Notes: generated from the sequence alone by a model not told the origin. Positions 48,302-59,240 are shown, counted from the whole stretch's first letter. The stretch is DNA of 61,761 bases, filler included, from 6 parts of 6 records of this genome joined end to end with filler, not necessarily neighbours in it; one strand, 5' to 3'. Translations and numbers: made by a program.

Positions 48302-49411
48302 TCAACTCCGCATCACATAGCTGGAAAGTGTATCGGCACCGAGTTCGATACGGCCGGTAAGCGTCATACGCGGCGCCTCGTCCACACGCTCGACACCCAG
48401 AGCCGCAATACCGGGATAACCATCGCCACCGACTATCGTGGAAGAGCGGAACCACTCGACGCGATCAACCAAACGGGCACGAATAAGCGATGATGCTAGG
48501 CGCGCACCACCTTCGACCAATACGCGCGTCAGACCACGTGTTGCAAGAAGTCGCATGGCCGCGCGCATATCCATCAAGCCCGTATCGCCCGCCACCGGCA
48601 CATCGACGAGCTCAACACCGCAATCGACAAAAGCCTTGCGGCGATCTGCTTCGGCCCCAGGAAAGGTAAGAACGATGACCGATGTATTCTTGGCATCGCG
48701 CACAAGCTTCGATGTCAAAGGCAGGCGCAGTCGTCCATCAGCAACAATGCGAACTGGGGAACGCGATTCAAGCCCTGGAAGACGGCATGTAAGAATTGGA
48801 TCATCAACAATCGCAGTCGCGCTGCCAATCATGATGGCGTCATGCGTTGCTCGCAAAAGATGACCGCGTTCGCGGGCTTCTGGACCAGTGATCCAACGGC
48901 TATGCCCTGTCTTAGAGGCTGTTCGTCCGTCAGCGGAGCTTGCAATCTTGAGCGTCACCATGGGGCGTTCGTCTGTGACCTTCAGAAAGAACCCCTGATT
49001 GATGTCGAGTGCGCGGGCCATACCCGTGCCTTCAACAACTTCGACACCGGCCTTTTCGAGAATATCGAAGCCGCGTCCAGCAACACGCGGATCGGGATCC
49101 GACACAGCGGCAACAACGCGAGCAATACCTGCATCCAAAAGCGCCTCAGCACACGGGCCGGTTTTGCCCTGATGAGCACAAGGCTCCAGCGTCACATAGG
49201 CGGTAGCTCCACGCGCCATCTCGCCTGCCTGCGCCAAAGCTACGGTTTCGGCATGGGGGCGCCCCCCCGGCTGCGTATAACCACGACCCACGACAACACC
49301 GTCACGGACAATGACGCAGCCCACAGCAGGATTGGGCGCAACCTGCCCCAACCCACGCTCGGCCAGCGTCAGCGCCATTGTCATGAAATCAAGATCGGTG
49401 GCAGTCGCCAT
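48302..49411 (-). CDS. ribD: Riboflavin biosynthesis deaminase/reductase
   Basis: PNPAVG, HAE, TLEPCAH...PC, SRWITG, VEGG. Confidence 0.96.
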   Translation of the reverse strand: MATATDLDFMTMALTLAERGLGQVAPNPAVGCVIVRDGVVVGRGYTQPGGRPHAETVALAQAGEMARGATAYVTLEPCAHQGKTGPCAEALLDAGIARVVAAVSDPDPRVAGRGFDILEKAGVEVVEGTGMARALDINQGFFLKVTDERPMVTLKIASSADGRTASKTGHSRWITGPEARERGHLLRATHDAIMIGSATAIVDDPILTCRLPGLESRSPVRIVADGRLRLPLTSKLVRDAKNTSVIVLTFPGAEADRRKAFVDCGVELVDVPVAGDTGLMDMRAAMRLLATRGLTRVLVEGGARLASSLIRARLVDRVEWFRSSTIVGGDGYPGIAALGVERVDEAPRMTLTGRIELGADTLSSYVMRS

Positions 49412-49469
49412 CAGGTCCCCGAATATTAAACATCAGGGCGCCCGATTTTCAGTTCAGGACGAATGGAGA

Positions 49470-49946
49470 TCAGTCGTCGACCGTACCATCACCGCCCGGA
49501 CCACTGAGTTCGCCCAGAAAATCCTCAAAGTCTTTCGCTTCATGGAAGTTTTTGTAAACCGACGCATAACGCACATAGGCGACGGCATCGATCGAACTAA
49601 GCCCTTCCATGATGAGCGTCCCGATGGTCTTGGACGGAATTTCACTCTCGCCCATGCTTTCAAGACGCCGCACAATGCCGCTCACCATACGCTCAACGCG
49701 TTCTTGCTCAACTGGGCGTTTGCGCATCGCGATTTGCACGGAACGCATGAGTTTATCACGCTCGAAGGGCACTCTGCGGCCATTTGACTTGATGACAGTC
49801 AATTCACGCAACTGCACCCGCTCAAATGTCGTAAACCGCCCTCCACAGGCCGTACAGAAACGACGACGCCTAATCGAGGTATTGTCCTCGGTCGGACGCG
49901 AGTCCTTAACCTGCGTGTCTTCATTGCCGCAATATGGACAGCGCAT
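49470..49946 (-). CDS. nrdR: Transcriptional repressor NrdR
   Basis: [35 protein letters not shown]. Confidence 0.97.
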   Translation of the reverse strand: MRCPYCGNEDTQVKDSRPTEDNTSIRRRRFCTACGGRFTTFERVQLRELTVIKSNGRRVPFERDKLMRSVQIAMRKRPVEQERVERMVSGIVRRLESMGESEIPSKTIGTLIMEGLSSIDAVAYVRYASVYKNFHEAKDFEDFLGELSGPGGDGTVDD

Positions 49947-49984
49947 ATATCTGGCCCCCAGCCTGTTAGAATCTTGTCAGTCGG

Positions 49985-50222
49985 TTATTTTGAACCGGTA
50001 TAGATCGGAAAACGACCGCACAACTCCAATACCTGCTCGCGCACAGAAGCTTCGACCGCCGCATTGCCATCTTCGCCGTTTTCGGCAAGTCCCGACAAGA
50101 CCTCATTGATAAGCTGACCGACCTGCTGGAACTCGGCAACACCGAAGCCACGGCTTGTCGCCGCCGGAGTGCCAAGACGCACACCCGAGGTGACCATCGG
50201 CTTTTCCGGATCGAACGGAATG
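49985..50222 (-). CDS. glyA: Serine hydroxymethyltransferase, C-terminal fragment
   Basis: [26 protein letters not shown]...RFPIY; glyA-nrdR-ribD synteny. Confidence 0.93.
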
Positions 50223-50322
50223 NNNNNNNNNNNNNNNNNNNNNNNNNNNNNNNNNNNNNNNNNNNNTTAATTAATTAANNNNNNNNNNNNNNNNNNNNNN
50301 NNNNNNNNNNNNNNNNNNNNNN
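50223..50322. other. Artificial contig spacer
   Basis: N-run, TTAATTAATTAA, N-run. Confidence 0.99.
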
Positions 50323-50324
50323 AC

Positions 50325-51158
50325 AGTATTATTACCGTTGCGCAAGTTGTTGGTGGGCTGGTTTCAGGAAGTTTGGCATTACTTTCAGATGCACTTCATA
50401 ATTTTAGCGACGTGCTTTCATTAGTTGTTAGTTATATTGCTGATAGATATTCAAAAAAAGACGCTTCAGTTGAAAAAACTTTTGGCTACAAACGCGCCGA
50501 AATAATTGCTGCTTTTGTTAATTCTGCCACGCTAATTGTTGTTGCTATCTACCTTATTTACGAAGCTATAATTCGTTTTAATAATCCACAAATTATAGAA
50601 AGTAATTTAGTTATTTGGCTCGCAATATTAGGTATAATTGCAAATGGTTTTAGTGTTTTATTGCTTTCAAAAGAAGCAAAAGGGAACATAAACATGCGTT
50701 CTGCATATTTACATTTGTTTACAGATATGGCAGCTTCAGTAGCCGTTTTAATTGGCGGTTTATTGATGAAATATTTTAATTGGTTTTGGGTAGATAGCTT
50801 TTTAACAATGCTAATTGCACTCTATTTAATTTTTATGGGTTATAGTTTATTGAAAAGTTCCTATAAAATATTAATGCTTTTTACTCCAGATAACCTTAAT
50901 TTGGAAGTAATTAACAAAGCAATTTGTGAATTTCCTGAAATTAAAAACGTGCATCATATGCATATTTGGATGCTTAATGAACAAGAAATGCATTTAGAAG
51001 CACACTTAGATTTTTATGAAGACGTTACCCTTTCAGAATTTGATATGGTTCTTACAAAAGTTGAAGAATTACTTTATAATGACTTCGGAATAAATCATGT
51101 TACCATTCAACCAGAACATCAAAAAGACGACCCAAAAGATATTATTGTGCAAGATTGA
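50325..51158 (+). CDS. Cation diffusion facilitator (CzcD/ZitB-like), 5'-truncated
   Basis: SLALLSDALHNFSD, TFGYKRAE, SAYLHLFTD, HHMHIW, HVTIQPE. Confidence 0.93.
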   Translation, partial: SIITVAQVVGGLVSGSLALLSDALHNFSDVLSLVVSYIADRYSKKDASVEKTFGYKRAEIIAAFVNSATLIVVAIYLIYEAIIRFNNPQIIESNLVIWLAILGIIANGFSVLLLSKEAKGNINMRSAYLHLFTDMAASVAVLIGGLLMKYFNWFWVDSFLTMLIALYLIFMGYSLLKSSYKILMLFTPDNLNLEVINKAICEFPEIKNVHHMHIWMLNEQEMHLEAHLDFYEDVTLSEFDMVLTKVEELLYNDFGINHVTIQPEHQKDDPKDIIVQD

Positions 51159-51172
51159 TTTTAAGAAAAGCT

Positions 51173-51613
51173 ATGAGAATTGATATTAAAACATTTGAAG
51201 CGTTAACTAGTAAAGAATTATACAATATTTTACAATTGCGAAGCGAAGTTTTTGTGGTAGAACAAGACTGCGTTTATCAAGATATTGATGGTAAAGATGA
51301 AAGATCTTTACATATTATGGGCTATGAAGACGATAATCTAATTGCGTATGCACGCTGCTTTAAGCCAGGCGATTATTTTGATGAAGCAGCAATTGGAAGA
51401 GTTTTAGTACGCGAAAACTATAGAAAATTTGGGTATGGACACGAAATTACCAAAGCAGCTGTTGAAGCGATTAAAACCAATTTTAAAGCTGATAAAATAA
51501 AGATATCTGCTCAAACTTATTTGGTTATCTTTTATGAAAGCCACGGTTTTAAAACTGTTGGCGATCGCTACTTAGAAGATGGAATTCCTCATATTGCTAT
51601 GATTAAAGCTTAA
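51173..51613 (+). CDS. elaA: ElaA-like GNAT acetyltransferase
   Basis: LRSEVFVVEQDCVYQDID, IGRV, ISAQ, FYESHGF, YLEDGIPH. Confidence 0.9.
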   Translation: MRIDIKTFEALTSKELYNILQLRSEVFVVEQDCVYQDIDGKDERSLHIMGYEDDNLIAYARCFKPGDYFDEAAIGRVLVRENYRKFGYGHEITKAAVEAIKTNFKADKIKISAQTYLVIFYESHGFKTVGDRYLEDGIPHIAMIKA

Positions 51614-51974
51614 TAAGGTTTTTTTCCAAATTAAGATCTTTAAGCATTTCATCTGTAAATTTATAATGACCACGACGTGTAATAATTCTAAAACGTTGAT
51701 TTCGCATACGGGTTAATGTATCAAGAAATTGCCATTTTGATTTTAACAATCGGGGTTTTTCAGACTTTAAGCTGATTTCAAAATAATGTTTTATTCCAGC
51801 TCTGTCTGCAACAATATCTGGAGTAATTACTACATCACTATCTTTTTTATGATAGGATTTTGGAGTTTCATAGCCGTCTATTGCGGCCTTAATGTGTTCA
51901 AAACCTCTGTTTTCTAAATACGTTACTGATTCTTTTAAAATCTCTTGATTTTCTTCTCTGTCTGTTTGTACCAT
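51603..51974 (-). CDS. Hypothetical protein with possible PD-(D/E)xK-like fold
   Basis: 123-aa ORF; YLENRGF and TPDIVA...YFEISLKS pattern. Confidence 0.7.
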   Translation of the reverse strand: MVQTDREENQEILKESVTYLENRGFEHIKAAIDGYETPKSYHKKDSDVVITPDIVADRAGIKHYFEISLKSEKPRLLKSKWQFLDTLTRMRNQRFRIITRRGHYKFTDEMLKDLNLEKNLIKL

Positions 51975-52049
51975 AAATGGTAAGATACAAAAACATTGAT
52001 TAACAGATAGTTAATGATATGTTAAGTGAAACGAGCTATTGTTAATATA

Positions 52050-53672
52050 TCACTTTAAAATCTTTTTATAACGTTCTTCATCATTCAAAACAGCAACAGC
52101 TTCCAAAATTTCTGGATTGTGTTCTATTTGGTACGAATACAAACCTTCACGATAAAAATAACGCTTCAAAATTTCATCAATCAATAACGATTCTATTTCT
52201 ACTTTTTTGTCAACGATAGCCTTGTCTTTGGCTGCGTCAATAGCTTTCATTAATTGTTCATAACCCACAGAAATATCTTTGTTTAAATCATCGTCTTCAG
52301 AAATTCTTAAACCTTCAGCAAATTTCTTTTCGGTTTCAGTTTCGTATTCAAAATTGTTTTCTTTCAAAAACTTTAAAAAATCTTGAAAATCTGATTCCCC
52401 GAATTTAAAATTACTCCAATCGGTCATTTGATGGCTGTAATAATACTTTGTGGCGTAATCAAAAATTGCGTTGTCTTTTAATAAAGCGGTTGTAATTGGG
52501 CTGTAAACAGCTGATTTTAATTGCACGTCTGGTAGTATTCCACCGCCGTCATAAACTGTTCTTCCGCCTTTTGTTTTGTATGCGTTATATTCTTTTGCAT
52601 CTTTCCGAACAGGATCTCCATTTTCATCACGATGCCAGTAATCTAATGCTTGAATACAGCGTCCACTTGGTGTGTAATACCGCGAAATGGTAACTTTAAG
52701 CTGTGTTCCGTAGGTTAATTTTTTTGGACGTTGTACAAGCCCTTTTCCAAAACTACGCGCACCTACAATCACTGCGCGATCCAAATCTTGCAAACCACCA
52801 GAAACAATTTCGCTGGCGGAAGCACTTCTTCCATTTACCAAAACAACCAAAGGAATTTCAGTATCTATAGGATCGAATCTTGTTTTGTAAGTCTGGTTGT
52901 ATTTTTCTATTACAGATTGAGTGGTTGTAATTACTTCGCCTTTATCCACAAATAAATTGACCACGTTTATAGCTTCAGTTAATAAACCTCCTGGATTTCC
53001 ACGTAGGTCTAAAATAATTTTTGTGGCACCTTGAGATTTTAAATTTACTAAAGCAGTTTTGGTTTCAATAGTTGTTTTACTATTGAATTTACTTAAAACA
53101 ATATACCCAATCGTGTTATTAATTAGCTTATAAAAAGGTACTGCTTTAATTTCAACAGCATCACGAGTAATTGTTGCTTTGGCAGTTTTTCCTTGTCTAT
53201 TATAGGTAATTTCTACTGTAGAACCTGGCGCACCTTTTAATAATTCACCAGCATCGTCTTCTAAATCTGCAATAGTAACGTTTCCAATTTTTATAATTTC
53301 GTCACCAGCTTTTAAACCTGCTTTGTCTGCAGGATAATCTTTATATGGCTCTACAATTATAATTTTATCTTTTTTGCTTTGAGCGGAGGCGCCAATACCC
53401 GTATAAATACCTGAATTGTTTATTTTAGCGTCTTCTACTTGCTGTTCGTTCCAGTAAACGGTGTATGGATCCAAATCTTCGAGCATGCCTTTTATGGCTT
53501 TATCCATAAGCGTTGCTGGCGTAACTTCATCCACATAATTCATGTTTAATTCTTTGAAAAGTGTGGTAAATATTTCAATCTGTTTTGCAATTTCAAAGAA
53601 GTCACTTTTAAAACTTACGGTGGTAAAAAATATACCTATGGCGATAATTGGAACTACTATTCTCTTTTTCAT
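52050..53672 (-). CDS. S41 family C-terminal processing protease
   Basis: LDPYT, GIG PDZ, DLRGNPGG, SASASEIV, SFGKG, YYTPSGR. Confidence 0.95.
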   Translation of the reverse strand: MKKRIVVPIIAIGIFFTTVSFKSDFFEIAKQIEIFTTLFKELNMNYVDEVTPATLMDKAIKGMLEDLDPYTVYWNEQQVEDAKINNSGIYTGIGASAQSKKDKIIIVEPYKDYPADKAGLKAGDEIIKIGNVTIADLEDDAGELLKGAPGSTVEITYNRQGKTAKATITRDAVEIKAVPFYKLINNTIGYIVLSKFNSKTTIETKTALVNLKSQGATKIILDLRGNPGGLLTEAINVVNLFVDKGEVITTTQSVIEKYNQTYKTRFDPIDTEIPLVVLVNGRSASASEIVSGGLQDLDRAVIVGARSFGKGLVQRPKKLTYGTQLKVTISRYYTPSGRCIQALDYWHRDENGDPVRKDAKEYNAYKTKGGRTVYDGGGILPDVQLKSAVYSPITTALLKDNAIFDYATKYYYSHQMTDWSNFKFGESDFQDFLKFLKENNFEYETETEKKFAEGLRISEDDDLNKDISVGYEQLMKAIDAAKDKAIVDKKVEIESLLIDEILKRYFYREGLYSYQIEHNPEILEAVAVLNDEERYKKILK

Positions 53673-53684
53673 TTTCTGAAATTT

Positions 53685-54491
53685 TTAGTGCTTTTTCTTT
53701 TTTTTCTGTAGAAATATACGAAGAACAATAAAGATAGTTAATGCAAGTAAAAACAAAGGCCATAAATATAAAATGCCTAAGAAAAACACCGAAATGCCAT
53801 TCCATCCACCTTGCATAGCGTTTTTCATTTTTTGTCCGTAAGATTCGGTAACCCCAGTTTCTGCTGTGGTTTTATAAAATTCAACAGTTATAGTGCTCAT
53901 TGAAACTTGGCTTTGAAGGTATTGTAACCGTCCTTGTTTTGCTTCAATTTCTTCACGAATGTTTGAAAGTTCGTGTTCTATTTCTAGCATTTCCTTAACG
54001 TTATTTGCTTTTTTAAGCAACTCAAGATAACGCGATTCTAAAGTACGTTTTGCTTTTAAACGTGCTTCAAGATCAACAAATTCTTCGGAAACATCTTGAC
54101 GGGAAATATCGCGTTGATCAAAATATGCCACGCCTTCAGAAATTCCGTTGATAAGCTGCTGAAAATTTTCAGTTGGCACACGAAGGATTAAGCTTTTAAA
54201 AATTCGGTTGTAATCTTTTCCGCTATTATCATGCTGCACCAAACCTTTTTGCTGAGCTACAAGATTAATAATTTTTTTATGAGTGGCTTCTACATCTTGT
54301 GTTTCAAAAGCCAAGCGTGCTGTTTTAATTATTTTTTGTTCTTGTACTTGATTGTCTTCCGTACTATAATTTTCTTCTGGATTTACCTTATAAGCGAGTG
54401 ATGGAGCTTCTAAATCGTGGAATTCTTTATTTGTTCCTTCATTGGAACACCCTAAAACAATAAATAAAAATAAAACGCTAACTATTCTCAT
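53685..54491 (-). CDS. DUF4349-domain lipoprotein
   Basis: Lipobox VLGC, KIIKT, LRVP, DVSEEFVD, coiled coil, C-terminal TM with Lys tail. Confidence 0.85.
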   Translation of the reverse strand: MRIVSVLFLFIVLGCSNEGTNKEFHDLEAPSLAYKVNPEENYSTEDNQVQEQKIIKTARLAFETQDVEATHKKIINLVAQQKGLVQHDNSGKDYNRIFKSLILRVPTENFQQLINGISEGVAYFDQRDISRQDVSEEFVDLEARLKAKRTLESRYLELLKKANNVKEMLEIEHELSNIREEIEAKQGRLQYLQSQVSMSTITVEFYKTTAETGVTESYGQKMKNAMQGGWNGISVFFLGILYLWPLFLLALTIFIVLRIFLQKKKKKH

Positions 54492-54843
54492 CTTGTAATT
54501 TTTTAAGCAGTTTCACCATTGCTTTATCTAGCTCGGCATACTGCGGTTTAACTTTTCCTATAAAAAGGAAAAGCATTACAAATTTCTTGCTTTGAATTTT
54601 ATCAAGCAATTGTTTATTAAGTCGGTAGGCTTCGCGAAGTTGGCGTTTTACTCGGTTTCGGTCTACAGCAGATTTAAAATTACGCTTGGGAACAGCGAAG
54701 GCAGCAAGGTTAATTGCTAGGTTCTCTTTCGGAAGAAAAAATATTTTTATAGGAAATTTTGAAAGCGTTTTTCCTTCCAAAAACAAACTTTCGATTGTTT
54801 TGGTGCTTTTTAATTTTTCGGTTTTAGGAAATTTTTGGTTCAC
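54478..54843 (-). CDS. rnpA: Ribonuclease P protein component
   Basis: FPKTEKLKS, AVDRNRVKRQLREAYRLNK (RNR motif); GTG start. Confidence 0.95.
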   Translation of the reverse strand: MNQKFPKTEKLKSTKTIESLFLEGKTLSKFPIKIFFLPKENLAINLAAFAVPKRNFKSAVDRNRVKRQLREAYRLNKQLLDKIQSKKFVMLFLFIGKVKPQYAELDKAMVKLLKKLQDENS

Positions 54844-54860
54844 CCTGTAAATATATAAAA

Positions 54861-54892
54861 AGACCTCGCAGAATTTAAGTTTTGCGAGGTCT
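54861..54892. terminator. Palindrome downstream of the M1 peptidase (terminator, possibly REP-like)
   Basis: AGACCTCGCA-N12-TGCGAGGTCT, followed by a T tract on the minus strand. Confidence 0.7.
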
Positions 54893-54914
54893 GTTTAAAA
54901 AAGGAAAGTAAAAA

Positions 54915-56750
54915 CTATTTTGCTTCCCACATATTATTTTCAGGATTGATATCTGCCATACGTTGGGTAGCATCAATCATCATGCTTTTTACTTTTTTAC
55001 CGTTTTTTATTTCAAAAGTATAGGTTGGATATGCCCATGCCCAATTATCTAAAATAGTTCTGTTTAACGAAGTAAATGGATTTGGTTTTTCACCCCACAT
55101 CATTCGTAGCGGTACGTAAAATAGTTCCTGTGTACCATCTTCATAAGTTACATAAAGATCTATTGGCATTGGCATTAACCCTATTCTTTCCAAGGTTATT
55201 TTAGTGTTTTCATTTTCATTTTCAACCGTTTTTATCGCATAATCGATAGTATTGGTGGTTTGGGTCCAATCTGTTAAATACCAATCCAATTCAAACCCAG
55301 AAACTTTTTCGGCAATACGAATAAAATCATTTGGTGTAGGATGTTTAAATTTAAATTCAGAATAATATCGTTTCAATGTTTTTGAAAGGTTTTCCGGTCC
55401 AATTACATATCCTAATTGCGTTAAGAAGACAGCGCCTTTGCTATACGCATTTATACTGTATGCCCTGTTTGTAGCATAACGATCAGCATGCGTAGTTTGG
55501 GGTTGCTCAGCGCCACTATTTGCTAGATACAAGTAACTTCTATAGGAACCAGCATGTGGGTTGGGTTTATCTTCTTTCATTACATAATTCATGGCTTCAT
55601 TAGAAATATAAGAAGTAAAGCCTTCGTCCATCCATCCATGTTTGCTTTCGTTGGTAGCCAAAACAAATTGAAACCATGTATGTGCAAGCTCGTGTGCTGT
55701 TACACCCACAAGGCTTCCAAATTCACGTTCGCCAGTAATCATAGTACACATTGCATACTCCATACCGCCATCACCTCCTTGAATTACAGAATATTGTTCG
55801 TATGGATATTCACCTATTTGTTCGTTGAAAAACTCCATTAATTCAGCAGTTTTTGGCTGAAGGTTCTTCCATTTTTCAGCAATTTCAGGATTGTCTTTAT
55901 AGAAAAAATGAAGTGTAACTCCATTTGGCCCAGGATACGTATCGTGAATATAATTAGCATCAGCTGCCCAAGCAAAATCGTGCACATCTGGAGCTAAAAA
56001 ATGCCAAGTATATTTTCCTTTTTTAGGTTTCATCCATTTTTGTCCAGGTTCTGTATAGCCGTGGCCAACTTCCGCGGGGTTTTGAAGGTAGCCGGTACCC
56101 CCAATTGTATATGCTTCATCAATAGTAATTGTTACATCAAAATCGCCCCAAACACCATGAAACTCACGGCCAATATATGGATCGGCATGCCATCCTTGAA
56201 AATCGTATTCGGCAAGTTTTGGATACCATTGCGTCATGGTTAATGCTACGCCTTCTGAACTGTTTCTTCCAGAACGACGAACTTGTAATGGCACTTGCGC
56301 ATCCCAATTCATATTAAAAACAGTGCTTTCACCTGGAAATATTGGCTTGTTAAGCATGACTTCCATTACAGTTCCTTCAATTTTATATGCTGCAACCGTA
56401 CCATCTTGTGTAAATAATGTTGGTTTTATATAACCAATTTCAGAAGGAGTTAATTTTGAAATCCTATCAGTTACACGACTATCCGGGTCGAGAATGGTTC
56501 GAGACCGAACATCCATTTCACTTCCTGGTTGAAACGCGTTGAAGTAAAGATGGTAGAAAACCTTATTTAAAGTATCGGGAGAATTATTTGTGTATTTTAA
56601 TTCTTGTGTTCCTTTATATTGAAAGGTTTTTACGTCCATCTGAACGTCCATTTTATAATCAACTTCTTGTTGCCAATAGCTAGTATTGTTTTGGCTAAAA
56701 GCCGAAAAAATGATTGCCGTTAAAAAAAATCCATTAATAATATACTTCAT
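54915..56750 (-). CDS. M1 family metallopeptidase
   Basis: YWQQ, QWYPK, VHDFAW, GGMEY, HELAH...WMDEG, YSKG. Confidence 0.94.
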   Translation of the reverse strand: MKYIINGFFLTAIIFSAFSQNNTSYWQQEVDYKMDVQMDVKTFQYKGTQELKYTNNSPDTLNKVFYHLYFNAFQPGSEMDVRSRTILDPDSRVTDRISKLTPSEIGYIKPTLFTQDGTVAAYKIEGTVMEVMLNKPIFPGESTVFNMNWDAQVPLQVRRSGRNSSEGVALTMTQWYPKLAEYDFQGWHADPYIGREFHGVWGDFDVTITIDEAYTIGGTGYLQNPAEVGHGYTEPGQKWMKPKKGKYTWHFLAPDVHDFAWAADANYIHDTYPGPNGVTLHFFYKDNPEIAEKWKNLQPKTAELMEFFNEQIGEYPYEQYSVIQGGDGGMEYAMCTMITGEREFGSLVGVTAHELAHTWFQFVLATNESKHGWMDEGFTSYISNEAMNYVMKEDKPNPHAGSYRSYLYLANSGAEQPQTTHADRYATNRAYSINAYSKGAVFLTQLGYVIGPENLSKTLKRYYSEFKFKHPTPNDFIRIAEKVSGFELDWYLTDWTQTTNTIDYAIKTVENENENTKITLERIGLMPMPIDLYVTYEDGTQELFYVPLRMMWGEKPNPFTSLNRTILDNWAWAYPTYTFEIKNGKKVKSMMIDATQRMADINPENNMWEAK

Positions 56751-57553
56751 TATTTTGACATTTTATCAGCCATAATTATGGCGTTATATAAGTTTACCAT
56801 TTTACCTGATTTAGATATATTAGCAAATGAATCTGTGTTAGAGTTATCACCACCTAGAACAACTTGTGTATTTGTTGTTAGGCCGCTATCCATAATAATT
56901 TGTTTTACTTGTTTAGCTGAAAGTTTTGGGTAATACGAACGAATTATTGCCGCAACACCAGCAACTTCAGGAGCTGCCATTGAAGTTCCTTGTAGATACT
57001 CATAGGTGTTTAAAGGTGTTGTTGCCCAAATTTTTACACCTGGAGCAAAAACATCAACGTTTGTTTTTCCGTAGTTAGAAAAGTTTGCAACCAGTTCTCC
57101 TCCATATTTATAATTGAGTGCGCCAACAGTTAAAAATGTATCTGATATTTCAGAGCTGTTATCTACCTGATCGTTTGGATAAACATTTACCGTATCTAAA
57201 TTTAAACCTTCATTTCCAGCCGCATTAACAATTAAAACATCTTTAGAAGCTGCATATTTAATTGCATCATACACCCAATCTGCTTGTGGCGAGTAGTATT
57301 TTCCGAAGCTAGTGTTTAAAACTTTTGCACCATTATCTACCGCATAACGAATAGCTAAAGCAATATCTTTATCATATTCGTCTCCATCTGGCACGGCACG
57401 AACAGCCATGATTTGTACGTTGTTTGCTACACCGTCCATTCCAATTCCATTAGCACGTTGCGCTGCAATAATTCCAGAAACATGCGTTCCGTGTTTTACA
57501 TTATCTCTTGTTGGGTCTGGCCCAGCTACATTGTTATCTCCATAAATAGTGTC
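56750..57553 (-). CDS. S8 (subtilase) family serine peptidase, 5'-truncated
   Basis: HGTHVSGIIAA (hand-translated), AAGN, FSNYG, APG, GTSMAAP. Confidence 0.93.
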   Translation of the reverse strand, partial: DTIYGDNNVAGPDPTRDNVKHGTHVSGIIAAQRANGIGMDGVANNVQIMAVRAVPDGDEYDKDIALAIRYAVDNGAKVLNTSFGKYYSPQADWVYDAIKYAASKDVLIVNAAGNEGLNLDTVNVYPNDQVDNSSEISDTFLTVGALNYKYGGELVANFSNYGKTNVDVFAPGVKIWATTPLNTYEYLQGTSMAAPEVAGVAAIIRSYYPKLSAKQVKQIIMDSGLTTNTQVVLGGDNSNTDSFANISKSGKMVNLYNAIIMADKMSK

Positions 57554-57653
57554 NNNNNNNNNNNNNNNNNNNNNNNNNNNNNNNNNNNNNNNNNNNNTTA
57601 ATTAATTAANNNNNNNNNNNNNNNNNNNNNNNNNNNNNNNNNNNNNNNNNNNN
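57554..57653. other. Artificial contig spacer
   Basis: N-run, TTAATTAATTAA, N-run. Confidence 0.99.
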
Positions 57654-59136
57654 GTGGGATATAGGCGACCTCGTCTTGGCTGATCTGAACAATCTCATCG
57701 ACCATCGCCTGACGCTTTGCCGGGTCGATTTCCTGTTGGATCATCGGCAGCAGTTCATCAATGCGGGCGTTCGAATAGTTGCCAAAGTTCCACGAGCCCA
57801 GTTTCTTCTCGTCATCCTGGCTATGCAGCAGGAAACGAACCGGGTGCTCCATGTCAAAGGTGCCCGGCGACCAGCCCAGCAGGAACATGTCAAAGTCGTC
57901 CTCGCGCAGCTGCGGCCAGTAGTCCCGCACCGGTCCGGTGCTGAGTTGCGCATCCAAGCCCACCGCGGCAAACATCGACGCGGCGGCACGGCATAGCGCC
58001 TCGTCGTTGATGTAGCGGTCATTGGTACACTTCAGACCAAAAGAGAACCCGTCAGGATAGCCCGCTTCTGCCAGCAGTTCCTTGGCGCGTTCCGGATTGT
58101 AGGGAATGCCTTCGGCGTGGGCGTCCGAATAGCCCGAAATACCTGCGGGCACGAGTTGGCTTGCGGCCTCGATCTTACCCCGGAACAGCACACGGTCGAT
58201 GGCGTCCATGTTGATCGCATGGGCGGCGGCCTGCCGGACACGCACGTCGCTGAACGGATTGGCATCGGTCACATCCGAAGAATACAGCAGCGTGTCATGC
58301 TCATGACCAAAGCCGAACATGATCACGCGGGTTTCTTCACCCTCCAGCACCTTGTAGCCGTCGCGCTCCTCGACCTGAACGGCGTCCTGCAGCGGGATCG
58401 GCTGGATAAAGTCGATCTCCCCCGACAGCAACGCCGCAAGGCCGGTGGCCGGGTTGCCGATGGGGGTAAAGATGCCTTCGGTGACATTGTGTTCGACCTC
58501 ACCCCACCAATTCGGGTTGGGTACCAGAACGGTCTGCACACCCGGGTCACGCGACTGCACCATAAACGGGCCAGTGCCGTTCACGTTGATGGTGGCAAAG
58601 TTCTCGGCGTCGCGGGCGGGCAGAGCGGCGTCATTTGCCTCTGCCCAATCCTTGTCAAGGATCATAAAGTTGGCGATGCTGTCGGGGAAAAGCGGGTTCG
58701 GCGCGCTGGTGATGAAATCAATGGTGAAATCGTCGACCACGCGGACCTCTGTCACAGGCGCAAACCACGACCGAACATCTGACTCTTCACTGGAGGCGCG
58801 TTGATAGCTGAACAGCACGTCTTCGGCGGTAAACTCCGCGCCATCGGCAAAGGTCACGCCCTGCCGCAGGTTGAAACGCCAGCCGTTCTCATCCTCCAGC
58901 GGCTCCCAGCTTTCGGCCAACGACCCTTCGATGGACATGTCGCGGTCCCTGCGCACCAGACCTTCGTAGACATTGTTCAGAAAGGACAGCACCGGGGCAG
59001 AACTGACCGCATGCGGGTCCATCGTTTGCGGATCGGTGGCCGAGGCCCAGCGAAAAGTTTCGGCCTGCGCGGCATGTGTACCCAGCAGCAGAGTGCCGAC
59101 AAGGGCGCTGGTGCGCCAAAGAGAAAAGGGTGTCAT
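57654..59136 (-). CDS. Peptide/nickel ABC transporter substrate-binding protein (family 5), 3'-truncated
   Basis: Signal peptide, TMDPH, VYEGLV, LAESW, FNLRQGVTFADG, GTGPF, DVRVRQA. Confidence 0.94.
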
Positions 59137-59240
59137 GAGGGTGTCCCTGTTGTTTTTTGTCCGAGCGTTCTGAAACTCCTTCAGACCAGCCGTACCGCTC
59201 AGGGTCAAGCACCGACCGGTCCGCACTGACAGCAGCGTGA

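Noticed and set aside
49412-49469. FMN riboswitch before ribD
   Set aside because: The gap is only 58 nt and lacks RFN consensus.
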